Assembly (NCBI GenBank): GCA_016839555.1
Contig: JAEOUA010000012.1
Location: 192,001-256,000, forward strand
Length of the DNA stretch: 64,000 bases
From: Promethearchaeota archaeon
Lineage (GTDB): Archaea > Asgardarchaeota > Lokiarchaeia > Sigyniarchaeales > SOKP01
Direction: 5' to 3'
This document shows, one piece after another, positions 1 through 11,631 of the stretch; the stretch's first letter is position 1; the number at the start of each line of letters is the position of its first letter. The notes beneath the pieces are model-generated. The model was given only the letters and a program-made list of their open reading frames with translations. It had not been told where the DNA came from and made no database searches. Both the position numbers and the translations under genes were made by a program.

Positions 1-97
1 TTCTTTCATATTAATTAGAAAGTTATATGCACTTTTAACAATTTTGATTAGAATTTATAAATTTTTAAGAGCTTTTAGTTATAATTCTTTTTATTAT

Positions 98-508
98 CTA
101 TGTTCTGAGAATTTCAGGTACTATTGCATTATTCGGGCAATTCTTAAAACATTTTAAGCAATTAAAGCAATTTTTTAAATCTTTATCATCAAAGATTATT
201 TTCTTCTTTTCTTTTTCAAAAAAATATCGGTTTTGAAAACAAAAATCTTCTTTAGTACATTCTAAGCATAAAGTGCACTTTTCAATATCTATTGTAAATC
301 CCGTTAATTCTCCTTCCTCTAAGGATATTACCTCAATTGCTCCGTGTTCACATACTTCAACACATTTCAAACATCCTTGACATTTATTATAATCTACATA
401 TCGCATGGAATTTCGCCAAAATATTGCCTTTGGTGGACAAGAATATTGACATTTTTGGCAGCGTTTACAGAGTTGAGGATTAATGCTGATAGGAAAAAGT
501 TTTTCCAT
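98..508 (-). CDS. Polyferredoxin (4Fe-4S multicluster protein)
   Basis: Four CxxCxxCxxxC-type motifs: CKRCQKCQYSCP, CQGCLKCVEVCE, CTLCLEC...C, CFNCLKCFKNCP. Confidence 0.85.
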   Translation of the reverse strand: MEKLFPISINPQLCKRCQKCQYSCPPKAIFWRNSMRYVDYNKCQGCLKCVEVCEHGAIEVISLEEGELTGFTIDIEKCTLCLECTKEDFCFQNRYFFEKEKKKIIFDDKDLKNCFNCLKCFKNCPNNAIVPEILRT

Positions 509-598
509 ATTTTAGAAATAGAATTCAAATTATTTTCTAAGAATTATTATTCAAAAAAATAAGCAAAATAAAAAGATAATTCTTTTACAATGAAAGAT

Positions 599-3223
599 TT
601 AATCAAATTTTGTTTTATTTTTAGTGGCAAAATAGACGAATAAAGAAATACAAAACATTGGAAGCACTCCAACAAATAGTAGTAAATAAAGTATTGCGAA
701 TAGTTCTTCCGTAAACCAGACATTTAAAAATAATTGACCAACAGAATCCACTAAATAATGAAGTATGATGGAAGGATACAAGCTTTGAGTCCTTAAAAAC
801 ATATATGCAAAAGCAAATCCTAAACAAGCGGCATAAAATAATTGTAATAAAGTATATAAAGGATTTCCTCCAAATAATACGATAATAAAATTGGCAGAAT
901 GAGCTAATCCGAAGGCGATACCACTAATTAGGATAATGCTTCTTTTTGTATATTTTCGTTCCAGATTTGGAATAATTACTCCACGAAAGGCAACTTCTTC
1001 CCAAATTCCGGGAACAAGCATCGTTATAAACAAAAACCACCCTAAAGTAAAATAACTAGGATTGCTAAATAATATTTCTGGAACAAATTCAAAATTCCCT
1101 AATAAAATTCCTCCTAATAATATAATTCCGCTAAATATAATAAAAGAGACAACCCCAATTAATACATTTTTTACAATCTTTTTACCTCTTCCTAGACCAA
1201 TATTATTCAAATATTCAGAAAATTTTTGATTTTTGAAAGGTAGGTTTAATCCAAAAGGAACAATATAAAACAAGAGAAACGCTAAAAATCCAAACAAAAA
1301 AGCAAAATCGATGAATAAAATTGCTATGTATGGCAATTTTTCAAGAAATGGAATTAATATCAACAATTCGGGGAATTCCGGTATAAATAGAAATATCACA
1401 TATAATACTAACATAACTATTACTCCTAATATAGGAGTTTCCCTTAAAGCCCCTCCAGTTTTGTATTCACGCATTTTTTCTGGTTTTGGGAACATTCTAT
1501 TGAAAGTATACCAGCAAATCAATGTTCCAAATATTCCAACAATAAGCGTGATCAGCATTATTAGCGAGAGATCTCCTAAAATAAATGCCAATATAATCAT
1601 AAAAAAGAAGAAAATCACAAATAATCCTGCTTCAATTCCAACAATTAAAGCCCATTTTAAGATTTTTTTCTGTTTGTAAACTTCTTCAACGACATATTTA
1701 TATTTCATTTTTCCAAACAATCTAACCTTCAATATAAATATTAATAGCAGAAAAAACCATGAAAAAGGAATAGATGCTAATAGTAGCAGGAAAATAAACC
1801 ACTCCTGTGTAATGAAAACAATAATTAGCGGGGCGATGAGAAAGGATAGCGTTTGAATTATCACCATCAAAATTAATTTTGCTTTTGCCTGTTCTCTCGG
1901 TATTAAAGGTAAAGATGCGAGTATAGTTGCTCCACTCTCTTCCATATTAAGAAGTCCTGATGTAATAATGAAAGGAACATAAGTACATGTCGTCATGGAA
2001 AAAGTCCAAATCATTATTATTTCGAACTGTCCTATATTTGCTAAATCTATTCCTGCTAAAGTAGAGATAATTGTGATAACTGGTAAAACAATGGGCATTA
2101 ATAAAAACATGAAAGTCTGAATATCTCGCGAAGCTGTCGCCAAATCTTTACGGATAAATGAATTTATTGGGCTTTTTGTTTCGATTACCACCTCCATCTT
2201 TTCCTTCCTTTTTATCTCCTCTTCTTCGATTTTTTTTGTTGCTGATTCCGATGCAACCACAGATTTAAGAGATTTTTTTGCGATTTTATAAATCCCCCAA
2301 GAGAGCACTATAAATAAACTAAACCCAATTAAAGTTGTAATCCATAGTTCTAACGGAACTTGTTCTGAAGCAGACATGATTGAAACTAAAAAGGAGGGGG
2401 CAAAGGGATAGGGAATCAAACTAAAAATATAATTTAGTATAGAAATGTTTTCAAAAGAACTAAGTTGTTCAAAAAGAAACCAAATAGAACTAAATGCAAT
2501 TTGAATGATAAAACCTAATGAAAAAGCCATTATAAAATAACCTAACATCGTAAGCATTCTAATAATTGACTTTTTTTTAGACATCCTTTTTTGACCATAT
2601 AAGATCCTCGCCATTTGTTCACTTAAGAAAATAAGAATACTAAAGCTAAATATTACGTTTGGAATGGAAGTTGCCGCGCATACGAGTGCTAATATAATGT
2701 TTTGAGTAGCTATTCCCATTATTAATGGAAATGCAACTGCCAATGCTATTAATGGAAAATCTAAACTTTTAAATACTGTCATAAATCCTAATTTTTTTAA
2801 TTTCTCTTCAGAAATGGGAAGAGTTTGGAGCCATTGAAAAGAACTACCTGACATATACGAACTTACATTAAGAATGCCTAATAACAGGAGATATAAAAAC
2901 ATTAATCCAAAATATATTGAAAATAAGATAGACCCCGTAAAGATTATTGGTTCAATAGGGGGGCTATTCCCTAAATAAGAACCTGCTAAGATATTCCTAA
3001 TTTCAAAATAAGTTAAAAGCGGAAATATTGGAAGAAAAGAAAATACAAACGCATAGACCACTTTCATTGCAACGACACTATATTTAATATTTTTACTATG
3101 TTTTTCTAAGCTCTCTAAATATCTTTCTTGTCTAGAACCTGCCGATTGAATCTGTCCCTCTAAAAATACTTCATAATTTATTATCTTAGCAATAGAATAT
3201 AATTTTAAACTTTCCTTCAACAT
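599..3223 (-). CDS. ABC transporter permease fused to a C-terminal CPBP (CAAX-type) intramembrane protease
   Basis: Many TM segments; C-terminal EEVAFRG, FGLAH and HYLVD motifs; directly downstream of an ABC ATPase. Confidence 0.75.
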   Translation of the reverse strand: MLKESLKLYSIAKIINYEVFLEGQIQSAGSRQERYLESLEKHSKNIKYSVVAMKVVYAFVFSFLPIFPLLTYFEIRNILAGSYLGNSPPIEPIIFTGSILFSIYFGLMFLYLLLLGILNVSSYMSGSSFQWLQTLPISEEKLKKLGFMTVFKSLDFPLIALAVAFPLIMGIATQNIILALVCAATSIPNVIFSFSILIFLSEQMARILYGQKRMSKKKSIIRMLTMLGYFIMAFSLGFIIQIAFSSIWFLFEQLSSFENISILNYIFSLIPYPFAPSFLVSIMSASEQVPLELWITTLIGFSLFIVLSWGIYKIAKKSLKSVVASESATKKIEEEEIKRKEKMEVVIETKSPINSFIRKDLATASRDIQTFMFLLMPIVLPVITIISTLAGIDLANIGQFEIIMIWTFSMTTCTYVPFIITSGLLNMEESGATILASLPLIPREQAKAKLILMVIIQTLSFLIAPLIIVFITQEWFIFLLLLASIPFSWFFLLLIFILKVRLFGKMKYKYVVEEVYKQKKILKWALIVGIEAGLFVIFFFFMIILAFILGDLSLIMLITLIVGIFGTLICWYTFNRMFPKPEKMREYKTGGALRETPILGVIVMLVLYVIFLFIPEFPELLILIPFLEKLPYIAILFIDFAFLFGFLAFLLFYIVPFGLNLPFKNQKFSEYLNNIGLGRGKKIVKNVLIGVVSFIIFSGIILLGGILLGNFEFVPEILFSNPSYFTLGWFLFITMLVPGIWEEVAFRGVIIPNLERKYTKRSIILISGIAFGLAHSANFIIVLFGGNPLYTLLQLFYAACLGFAFAYMFLRTQSLYPSIILHYLVDSVGQLFLNVWFTEELFAILYLLLFVGVLPMFCISLFVYFATKNKTKFD

Positions 3224-3230
3224 TCCTTTC

Positions 3231-4043
3231 TCACATCAGCTTCTTTTTATTTTTAAAGCTATCCCTTAATTTCTTTACAATTTCATTCACAGAAGTATCT
3301 TGTTCAGTTAAGCGTAAAAATACATCTTCTAAACTGGCCCCAAGTTTATTTGCTTGCTGTCTTAACTCATCTAACCTTCCTATACCCACCATTTTTCCTT
3401 TATTTATTATACCTATTCTATCACACATATCCTCTGCGATTTCCATGATATGAGTTGAAAATAATACAGATCCCCCATTTTCTAAATGTAATTCTATAAT
3501 TTCTCTCATCACTCTTACTGATTTTGCATCCAATCCAGCCAGAGGCTCATCAAGAATTAATAATTGAGGATCATGGAGTATAGCAGCAATAATTTGCAAT
3601 TTTTGTTTATTTCCATGAGACAATGTCGCAATCATTTGATCATAATATTCAAGTGCCTCAAAACTTTCGAGATATTCTTTTGCTCTTGCTTGTATTACAT
3701 CTTCATCTAATTCTCTAATAGAGGCAATAAAATTAAATAAATCTTGGGGGGTCAAAGACTTATAAATAAGTGGGTCCTCTGCTACATATCCTACTCTCTC
3801 TTTAATTTGAACATCTTGGCGTTCAGGATTCAATCCAAATATTTCCATTTCTCCGTCATTTGGTTCTAAGAGTCCAAGTAGTAATTTTATGGTGGTTGTT
3901 TTTCCAGCACCATTAGGTCCCAATAGACCGAATACTTCTCCTTCTCTTACATCGAAGGATATTCCATCCACAGCCTTAACCGTTTCAAAATATTTTTTTA
4001 AATTTCTAACCTTAATGACTACTTTATCTGTTTTATTTGACAT
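3231..4043 (-). CDS. ABC transporter ATP-binding protein
   Basis: Walker A GPNGAGKTT, signature LSHGNKQK, Walker B LLILDEP, H-loop STH. Confidence 0.95.
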   Translation of the reverse strand: MSNKTDKVVIKVRNLKKYFETVKAVDGISFDVREGEVFGLLGPNGAGKTTTIKLLLGLLEPNDGEMEIFGLNPERQDVQIKERVGYVAEDPLIYKSLTPQDLFNFIASIRELDEDVIQARAKEYLESFEALEYYDQMIATLSHGNKQKLQIIAAILHDPQLLILDEPLAGLDAKSVRVMREIIELHLENGGSVLFSTHIMEIAEDMCDRIGIINKGKMVGIGRLDELRQQANKLGASLEDVFLRLTEQDTSVNEIVKKLRDSFKNKKKLM

Positions 4044-4341
4044 GTTTATACTTTTATCATTTTTTTTATATTGTTGTTTAAATATTACATGTAAAATATA
4101 TTCAACATTATTATTTAAATCTTTGGATTTTATATAAATTAATAATTATTCAATTGATTTGATATTTAATATAAATTTTACATTACAAGAGTGTTTAATA
4201 AAAAATTAAAATATATTCTATATTATGACTTTGTATAGTTTATTTTACAAGCAATAATTATACTAAATTCTATTAAAATAATAATTTTTTACATAATATA
4301 AAAAATTTATTTTTTAATTAGGGCATCAAGAATTAAAGAAC

Positions 4342-5283
4342 TTACTTTTGTCTCATAATTAAAATAATTGATACGATTACAATAATTGTTCCAATAAAAT
4401 GAAAAATTGTAAATAATTCTCCTAGAATTAATGTTGCAAAAATAGCAGTTACGATTGGTGTTGGGGATACAATGATACTCGCCTTCGAAACATTCAAATA
4501 TTTTAATGTATTATACCAAAAATATAAGCCCACTCCATAGGTGGCTCCCATTAAAAAACCCCAGAAAATGACAACGGGATTACTAAGTAAACCAATTACT
4601 TCTAAGGGAAAAATAACAATAAATATCACAAATAAAATAATTGCTCCAATTATATTTCTTATAAATACAATTTGGGACGGAAAACCTTCATTTTTATCAA
4701 AAATAGGTTTTGTAAGAGTATGTGCTAACATCCAGATGGACGCTAATATGAATAAAATGATCACACCTATATTTAATTCTAATAAATTAAAAGTACCTTC
4801 CGTGACAGCTAAAATGAGCCCAAAAAATAGGGTTATAGAAAAAATTATTTGAATTTTCGTAATTTTTTCTTTTAAGATAAGAAAACCGAATAGCAATGAA
4901 AAAAAAATGGTAGATTTTTGAGCTAAGGAACCATTTATTGATCCTGCTAAACTATAACCTAAAAAGAATAGAATTTGACCGGCCCCGAAAGTAATTCCTA
5001 CATATAATAGACGCAATTTATTCTTTTTATACCCATATATATATGAATCAAGTTCATTTTGAGTAATGAGATTTCTCTCATATCTGGTTTTATACTTTTT
5101 TCTCTGAAGCAACATAATTGGAAAAAAAATGAGAGCTTCGAAAAATAGAGTTAAAATCGAATAAATATAGGGATCTATAAATTCAGGTCGAGCATTGGCA
5201 ACTATAGGTTGTAATCCAATTAAAAGCGTTGCAATAATTCCGAAGATCAATCCTTTGCGTAAATTTTCCTTTTTCTTCTCCAA
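4342..5283 (-). CDS. EamA/DMT-family transporter
   Basis: About 10 TM helices in two repeats, with LILKEKIT and LILGE motifs. Confidence 0.85.
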   Translation of the reverse strand: MEKKKENLRKGLIFGIIATLLIGLQPIVANARPEFIDPYIYSILTLFFEALIFFPIMLLQRKKYKTRYERNLITQNELDSYIYGYKKNKLRLLYVGITFGAGQILFFLGYSLAGSINGSLAQKSTIFFSLLFGFLILKEKITKIQIIFSITLFFGLILAVTEGTFNLLELNIGVIILFILASIWMLAHTLTKPIFDKNEGFPSQIVFIRNIIGAIILFVIFIVIFPLEVIGLLSNPVVIFWGFLMGATYGVGLYFWYNTLKYLNVSKASIIVSPTPIVTAIFATLILGELFTIFHFIGTIIVIVSIILIMRQK

Positions 5284-5372
5284 GATATAAATGAAAATTC
5301 TAAAAGAATTAAAAAGATTTAGAAAAAACTAAAAAAAAAGAATAATTTAATATTTTTCAATTTGTTCCAGTA

Positions 5373-5558
5373 TTAAATTCCAGTTATCAGCGCACCTAAA
5401 AATATTAAAAGCCAGGCAATTATTATTAAAATTAAACCAATAATAGTCAAATATGAGTCCCCAACTCCCAAAAATGGCATAACTGCAAGAATAATTCCCA
5501 CGATGACTAAAACAATGGAGATAATTACGGTTATACTTTTTGGGGCCTGTGTTTGCAC
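5373..5558 (-). CDS. Small two-TM membrane protein
   Basis: 61 aa with two hydrophobic helices; GTG start preceded by a GGTGA SD-like sequence. Confidence 0.6.
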   Translation of the reverse strand: MQTQAPKSITVIISIVLVIVGIILAVMPFLGVGDSYLTIIGLILIIIAWLLIFLGALITGI

Positions 5559-6039
5559 GATTTATTCACCCTTATAATATATTTTTTTATTATATAAATT
5601 GGTTATATTATCAATTATTTTATTGTTATTTAAATATTTCTTTAAATGAGTTATTCTCTGTTCTAATAAGTGTTGTATCTTAAAGAAATAAAATTTTCAT
5701 TGAATGAATAGAAGAAACAAAAATTTTAAACATATTTATCATTTTTAATCAGATAATTTTATCTAAATTCGGTTATTTATCCGTAGATGGAAACGGATAA
5801 TATTTAAATCAATATCATGCTCAGAATCCTTTACTAAAAATTATCGTTTATTTAATTATTTCATGATTTTATTAGCAATGATTTCACATTATAATTTAAA
5901 AAATATATAATTCAATATTTTTAGGATTAGATAAAGAATACAATAATTGTATAATTTTTTTCAAAAATCATTCAATTCATAAAAAATATTTGAAAGCAAT
6001 CTTTTTTATAGGTAATACTATTACCCGAGATAACTTAGT

Positions 6040-7380
6040 ATGCCTAATAAGTTTTCAAGAGATCCGATAAAAGGTATGGATGATTTTTTCCCTTCGGATT
6101 TGCGAGTGGTTAATTATATATGCGATACATTAAGAAAAATTTCAGAATTATATTCTTATGAAGAATATGATGTCCCTTTGCTCGAACCTATCGAAATTTA
6201 TGAAGCGAAAACTTCAACGGAACTTGTGAATGAACAATCGTTTATAATTAAAAGAAAACAAGGAGAAAAGCTAATTTTAAGACCTGAAATTACACCCTCC
6301 ATGGCACGAATGATCGCTAAAAAAAATCAGGAATTAAAAAAACCAATACGCTGGTATTCTATACCGAAATGCTATAGGCGTGAAGAGCCCCAAAAAGGGA
6401 GAAGGAGGGAGTTCCTTCAATATAACGTAGATATCTTGGGAGAGGACTCACTTTATGCAGAATTAGAGATATTTAATATTATTGTGGATATATTGAGCAG
6501 TTTTGGGGCTACTTCTGATCAATTTCAGATTTACTATAATAATAGAAGATTTATTGACGCATTCTGCAATATTATTCTTGAGCTTCCAGAAGAGAAAAAC
6601 CCCCTAATATATAAGGTTTTAGATAAGTCAGATAAAATGGAGGATTCAGAATTCGAAAAATATGTGATTGATACGTTTCAAAATGAAGTTGCAATTCAAG
6701 GGATATTCAATTTAAAAGATGCCAATGATTTAGAAGAACTTCTTGAAAAATTTGATAACATCCCCGATAAATTTTATGAGAGTCGAGGTTATCAAGAATT
6801 AATACAATTAGAGGGCTTGATTGAAAAGTCTTCGTTCTCAGAATACTGTTCCTTCTCATCAGGAATTGTAAGAGGGCTGGATTATTATACGGGTACCGTT
6901 TTTGAAGTTTTTGACACTGGCAGAGAGAATATTAGGGCAATTTTTGGAGGTGGAAGGTATGATGATCTTCTTTCTATTTTTTCTGATGAACAACTGTCTG
7001 GTATAGGATTTGGAATGGGCGTGTTGATGTTAGAACTTTTCCTTCGAACCTATGATTTAATACCTCAAGAAATAAGTGAAGCAGACTATTCTGAGGTCAT
7101 TTATCTTGCTACAATCGGTGATGAGGTTGCTCCATATGTATTTAAAGTTGCGAACATAATTAGAAATGCAGGCTATTCGTGTATAATAGATTATAGATTT
7201 GACAATTTGGGTAATCAATTAAGTAAGGCAAACGATTTAGGAAATAAAATTAGTTTAATTATCGGCCCTAATGAAATGGAACAAAATAAAATCACTATCA
7301 AAAATATGATTTCGGAGGAACAAGAAACCATAGGACTTGATACACTGGTTAATATTCTTGATGATCTTTTAAAAAGTTAA
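6040..7380 (+). CDS. hisS: Histidyl-tRNA synthetase
   Basis: LRPEITP, YRREEPQKGRRREFLQ, RGLDYYTG, GGGRYD motifs. Confidence 0.97.
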   Translation: MPNKFSRDPIKGMDDFFPSDLRVVNYICDTLRKISELYSYEEYDVPLLEPIEIYEAKTSTELVNEQSFIIKRKQGEKLILRPEITPSMARMIAKKNQELKKPIRWYSIPKCYRREEPQKGRRREFLQYNVDILGEDSLYAELEIFNIIVDILSSFGATSDQFQIYYNNRRFIDAFCNIILELPEEKNPLIYKVLDKSDKMEDSEFEKYVIDTFQNEVAIQGIFNLKDANDLEELLEKFDNIPDKFYESRGYQELIQLEGLIEKSSFSEYCSFSSGIVRGLDYYTGTVFEVFDTGRENIRAIFGGGRYDDLLSIFSDEQLSGIGFGMGVLMLELFLRTYDLIPQEISEADYSEVIYLATIGDEVAPYVFKVANIIRNAGYSCIIDYRFDNLGNQLSKANDLGNKISLIIGPNEMEQNKITIKNMISEEQETIGLDTLVNILDDLLKS

Positions 7381-7435
7381 AAGAAAAGACTAGATAATAA
7401 AATATATTAGAATTTAATCAAAAGAAGTAGAAAAG

Positions 7436-7984
7436 ATGGATTTTGTCCCAAAAAAAGTTTTTTTCGTCCAAGGAACTGGTTATCATAAATCAGAATTAGG
7501 ATCGTTCGAACAAGCCTTAAGAGATGCGGGAATCGAAAGATTTAATTTAGTTAGAGTATCCTCTATTCTCCCTCCTAATTGTTTAGAAATTCCCAAAACG
7601 GATGGGTTAGCTCAACTTAAAGCAGGCCAAATTGTCCACACTGTGATGAGTAAGATAAGTAGTAATGAATTCAATTGTTTTTTGTATGCTTCAATAGGAA
7701 TTGCAAAACAAAAAGATAAGAAAGCTTATGGATATCTAAGCGAATATCGTTTCTCTGGAGTAAATGAGAAAAGGTCTGGTGAAATTGCTGAGGATTTAGC
7801 GACTGAGATGTTAGCATCCACATTAGGGATTCAATTTGGCCTTGGAGTGGATTATGATAAAAATAAAGAAATGTATAAATTAGAGGGGAAAATAATAGAA
7901 ACTAAAAATATTACAGAAACAGCCACTGTTAAAAAAGATGGAGAATGGTGCACAGTCTTGGCGGCAGCTGTTTTTATTTTATAA
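7436..7984 (+). CDS. pdaD: Pyruvoyl-dependent arginine decarboxylase
   Basis: SFEQALRDAGIERFNLVRVSSILPP with the Ser-Ser self-cleavage site. Confidence 0.9.
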   Translation: MDFVPKKVFFVQGTGYHKSELGSFEQALRDAGIERFNLVRVSSILPPNCLEIPKTDGLAQLKAGQIVHTVMSKISSNEFNCFLYASIGIAKQKDKKAYGYLSEYRFSGVNEKRSGEIAEDLATEMLASTLGIQFGLGVDYDKNKEMYKLEGKIIETKNITETATVKKDGEWCTVLAAAVFIL

Positions 7985-8051
7985 GTCGCCGAAAAAGTTT
8001 TATAAACGTGCTTCCATTATATTAAAAAATAACTTTCATTTTTTAATTAAT

Positions 8052-8978
8052 ATGCTTTTTGTCAAAAAATTAATCGAATCTATTAAGGATAAAAAAAGTA
8101 CTATTTGCATGGGGCTCGACCCTCGTATGGATAGGGAACTATATATCCCTAAATTTGTTATTGATCAATATAATAATCCTAATGATATCATATTTGAATT
8201 TAATAAAAGATTAATTGATATAGCAAGCGAAATTATTCCGATAATTAAACCTAATATTGCATTTTACGAAAAATATGATGCTTTAAATGCATTAAAAAAC
8301 ACAATAAAATACGCTCACAAAAAAGACTTATTAGTCCTTTTAGATGCAAAAAGAAATGATATTAGTTCCACTTCTGAGGCTTATGCATACGCCAATTTTG
8401 AAGTGTATGGTGCTGATGCGTGTACGGTGAATGCATATTTTGGTATTGATGGGATAAACCCTTTTCTTCAGTATAAAAATAAAGGTACATTTATTTTAGT
8501 GAAGACATCCAATCCCAGCAGCATAGAATTCCAAGATCTATTCAGTTTTAAGTTCGAAACTAAACAAAAATCAAAAATTCGAAAGGATGATATTCCAAAT
8601 TCTATGATATTTAAAAGAAATTACATAAGAATGGCAGAATTGGTTAAAAAATGGGGCGAGGATTTAGAAATATTTCAAAATTATCATAATTTAGGAGTGG
8701 TTGTAGGCGCAACATATCCCAATGAATTAAAGAAAATAAGAACCATTGTAAAAAATTCATATATATTAATTCCTGGTTATGGGGCACAGAGAGCAACGGT
8801 AAAAGATATAAAATATGGATTTGATGAAAATGGATTAGGTGCGATTGTTAATAGTTCAAGAAATATTATTTATGCTTATACACAGAAAAAAGATTACCCC
8901 CCAGAAAAATTTGATGAAGCTGCTAAAGAAAAAATCCAGCAAATGAATATTCTAATAAACAAAGAAATCAAACTTTGA
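8052..8978 (+). CDS. pyrF: Orotidine-5'-phosphate decarboxylase
   Basis: GLDP, DAKRNDISST, KTSNP, VVGAT, LIPGYGAQ, NSSR motifs; likely start at ATG 8052 rather than 7938. Confidence 0.93.
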   Translation: MLFVKKLIESIKDKKSTICMGLDPRMDRELYIPKFVIDQYNNPNDIIFEFNKRLIDIASEIIPIIKPNIAFYEKYDALNALKNTIKYAHKKDLLVLLDAKRNDISSTSEAYAYANFEVYGADACTVNAYFGIDGINPFLQYKNKGTFILVKTSNPSSIEFQDLFSFKFETKQKSKIRKDDIPNSMIFKRNYIRMAELVKKWGEDLEIFQNYHNLGVVVGATYPNELKKIRTIVKNSYILIPGYGAQRATVKDIKYGFDENGLGAIVNSSRNIIYAYTQKKDYPPEKFDEAAKEKIQQMNILINKEIKL

Positions 8979-9181
8979 AGATTTTATTAAAAATTTGAAT
9001 TTGGCAAGTAAGCATTTAAAATATATCTTATTATAAACAAATAACAAATCTAAACTAATTGTTTTATTTAATTATAATAAAGATTATTTTGAATATGACA
9101 TATACAAAAATAAATATAATTAAGAACATCTTAGCAAGATAATAATATGATTAGGGTGATATAAGCAAAAAAGTGATAAAT

Positions 9182-11149
9182 ATGTCTGAAGAAAAACAGA
9201 CCAATGAAGAACCTAAGATATTTGTTGCTGTCTGTCGCTGAGGGATTAATATCTCTGAAATCATTGACTGCGGAGCACTTGCAGAATTTGCGAAAACATT
9301 GCCGAACGTTGTCGCCGCAGATGAGTATATTTCCATGTGTACAGAAGGTGGGGCGGATTTTATTAAAGAAAATATGAATAAATATAATGCAAATAGATTA
9401 ATAGTTGCGGCTTGAACTCCAATAACTCATGAACCGGTTTTCGAAAATGTTTTAAAATCAATTGATATGGATCCATCCTATTTGCAATTTGTTAATATTC
9501 GGGAACATTCTAGCTTTGTTCATAGAAATGATAGAGAGGGAGCACAAAGAGTAGCTGAAGATCAAATTAAAGCAGGAGTAGCTCGAGCGCTATTATTGGA
9601 AACCATATCTATAAAAGAAGTGGATATCCAAAAAACGGTCTTAATTATTGGTGGTGGTGTTGCCGGATTAACCGCTGGAATTGATCTAGCAGAAGAGGGA
9701 TATGATGTGCATTTAGTTGAAAAAACCCCTACCATTGGCGGAAAAATGGCACAACTTGATCGGACATTTCCTACTGATGATTGTTCAATATGAATTTTAG
9801 GACCTGTAATGCTGGAAGCAGCAAGAACAGAAGGACTCAATATTTATACATATAGCGAAATTGAAGACCTTGATGGATTCATTGGAAATTTTAACGTTAA
9901 AATCAGGAAAAAGGCGAGGTATACCACTAATGATTGCAATGGATGTGGAGCATGTGAAGAAATTTGTCCAACAATCGGTCCTAATGAGTTTGATAAAGGA
10001 ATGAGTGCTCGCACTGCTATATATACGGTTTTCAATCAAGCTGTTCCATTAGTTGCTCAAATAGATATGGATAGATGCATACGATGTGGGTTATGTGAAG
10101 AAGTATGCGAAGTCGATGCGATTGATTTCGATCAAGAAGATGAAATTATAGATTTAAAAGTAGGATCAGTTATCGTTGCAACGGGATGGGATGAATATGA
10201 GCCGCCAGAAGGATATCTCGGGTATAATAAATATCCTAATGTAATCACGCAATTACAATTGGAAAGAATATTAAATCCAAATGGTCCTACTGTGAGTCAT
10301 CTTGTACGTCCTTCTGATGGAAAAGTACCAAAGCGGATATTATTTATTCAATGTGTGGGATCACGAGACTTAAATAAAAATACATATTGTAGTTCAGGGG
10401 TATGTTGTATGACAACCATAAAGAATTCAAAACTAATCAAGCAACATGACCCTAATATAGAAATAGAGGTAGCATATATGGACATCCGAGCTGCCGGAAA
10501 GGATTATGAAGAATACTTTACCGCTTCTAGAAAACAAGGAATTAAGTATATTAGAACTAATATAAGTAAAGTTGAAGAGGATCCACAAACCCATAATCTA
10601 AAAGTAATAATGCAGAATACACTACGCGATTCTTTAGGTCTCCAAGAAAAAGAATATGATTTAATTGTCCTCTCATGTGCAATGGTTCCTCCGAAAGGCA
10701 TTGATAAGATAACGAATATGTTAAAATTAGAAACAAGTCAAGATGGTTTCTATAAAGAATTTCATTCACGATTAAATCCTATTGATACCAAAATTCCTGG
10801 AATGGTGTTAGCAGGGGCCAGTCAAGGACCGAAGTCTATTGCGGAGTCCATAGCCCAAGGAAGAGCTGCAGCCTCTTCGTTAGCACGACTCATGAGCAAG
10901 GATAAATATCAAATTAAGCTTATTCGAGCTAAAGTTGATGAAGAACGATGTTCTAATTGTGGATTATGTGAATTAAATTGCGCATATAACGCCATTACTC
11001 TTAATGAGGATGGAGCGGAAGTAAATGAAATTTTATGTAGAGGATGTGGTTCATGTCTATCTAATTGTCCTTCCGAGGCAATCACTCTAAGATATTATCG
11101 AGAACCTCAATATGAAACTCAAATAGATGCTATTTTAGAAGAGATATAG
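9182..11149 (+). CDS. hdrA: Heterodisulfide reductase subunit A (HdrA), selenoprotein with 3 Sec, 655 aa
   Basis: One frame from ATG 9182 to TAG 11149 with TGA at 9239 (VCRUG), 9413 (VAAUTP) and 9791 (DCSIUIL), all at conserved Cys positions; GGGVAG FAD motif and ferredoxin motifs. Confidence 0.93.
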
Positions 11150-11163
11150 AGGAGATAAATTAA

Positions 11164-11631
11164 ATGGAAAATGGAAATCTAAAAATAATCGCCTTCCTCT
11201 GCCTAAAATGAGGTTATGGAGCTTGTGACATGGCTGGCACCATGCGAGCACAATATCCGGCTTCCATACGCCCTATTAGAATGAATTGTACTGGTAGAGT
11301 GACTCCAAGTTTAATGATGAGAGCTTTGGGTAAAGGAGCAGATGGAATTATTTTAGCAGGTTGATATCCCGGCGAGTGTGATTTTGAAACGGGTAATCTT
11401 GTTGCCAGGAAAAATGTTAACTATGTAAGAGAAATTTTGGCAAGTATAGGGATATCGCCAAAACGAGTCCAAATGTTTTATTGTTCCGCAGCGGAAGGGA
11501 AGAGATTTCAAGAAGAAGTAACCCGAATAACGGAAGATATAGAAAAACTCGGTAAAAATCCCTTTAAGCAAACTGCAACAAATGAAAATTCAAAAGATTC
11601 TAAATCTAAAAGCAAGAAAAATGCCAAATAA
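11164..11631 (+). CDS. mvhD: MvhD/VhuD [2Fe-2S] subunit, selenoprotein with 2 Sec, 155 aa
   Basis: MENGNLKIIAFLCLKUGYGACD...MNCTGRV...GADGIILAGUYPGECDF...CSAAEG; TGA at 11209 and 11362. Confidence 0.92.

Noticed and set aside
7938-8051. N-terminal extension of PyrF
   Set aside because: It overlaps the pdaD end and an AT-rich spacer; homology starts at ATG 8052.
9182-11631. Genome-wide reassignment of UGA to Trp or Cys, or hdrA/mvhD pseudogenes
   Set aside because: TGA is an ordinary stop for other genes here (ABC ATPase, pyrF, RLP, TrmB, Rab). In-frame TGAs occur only at Cys positions of known selenoprotein families that have a SECIS downstream.
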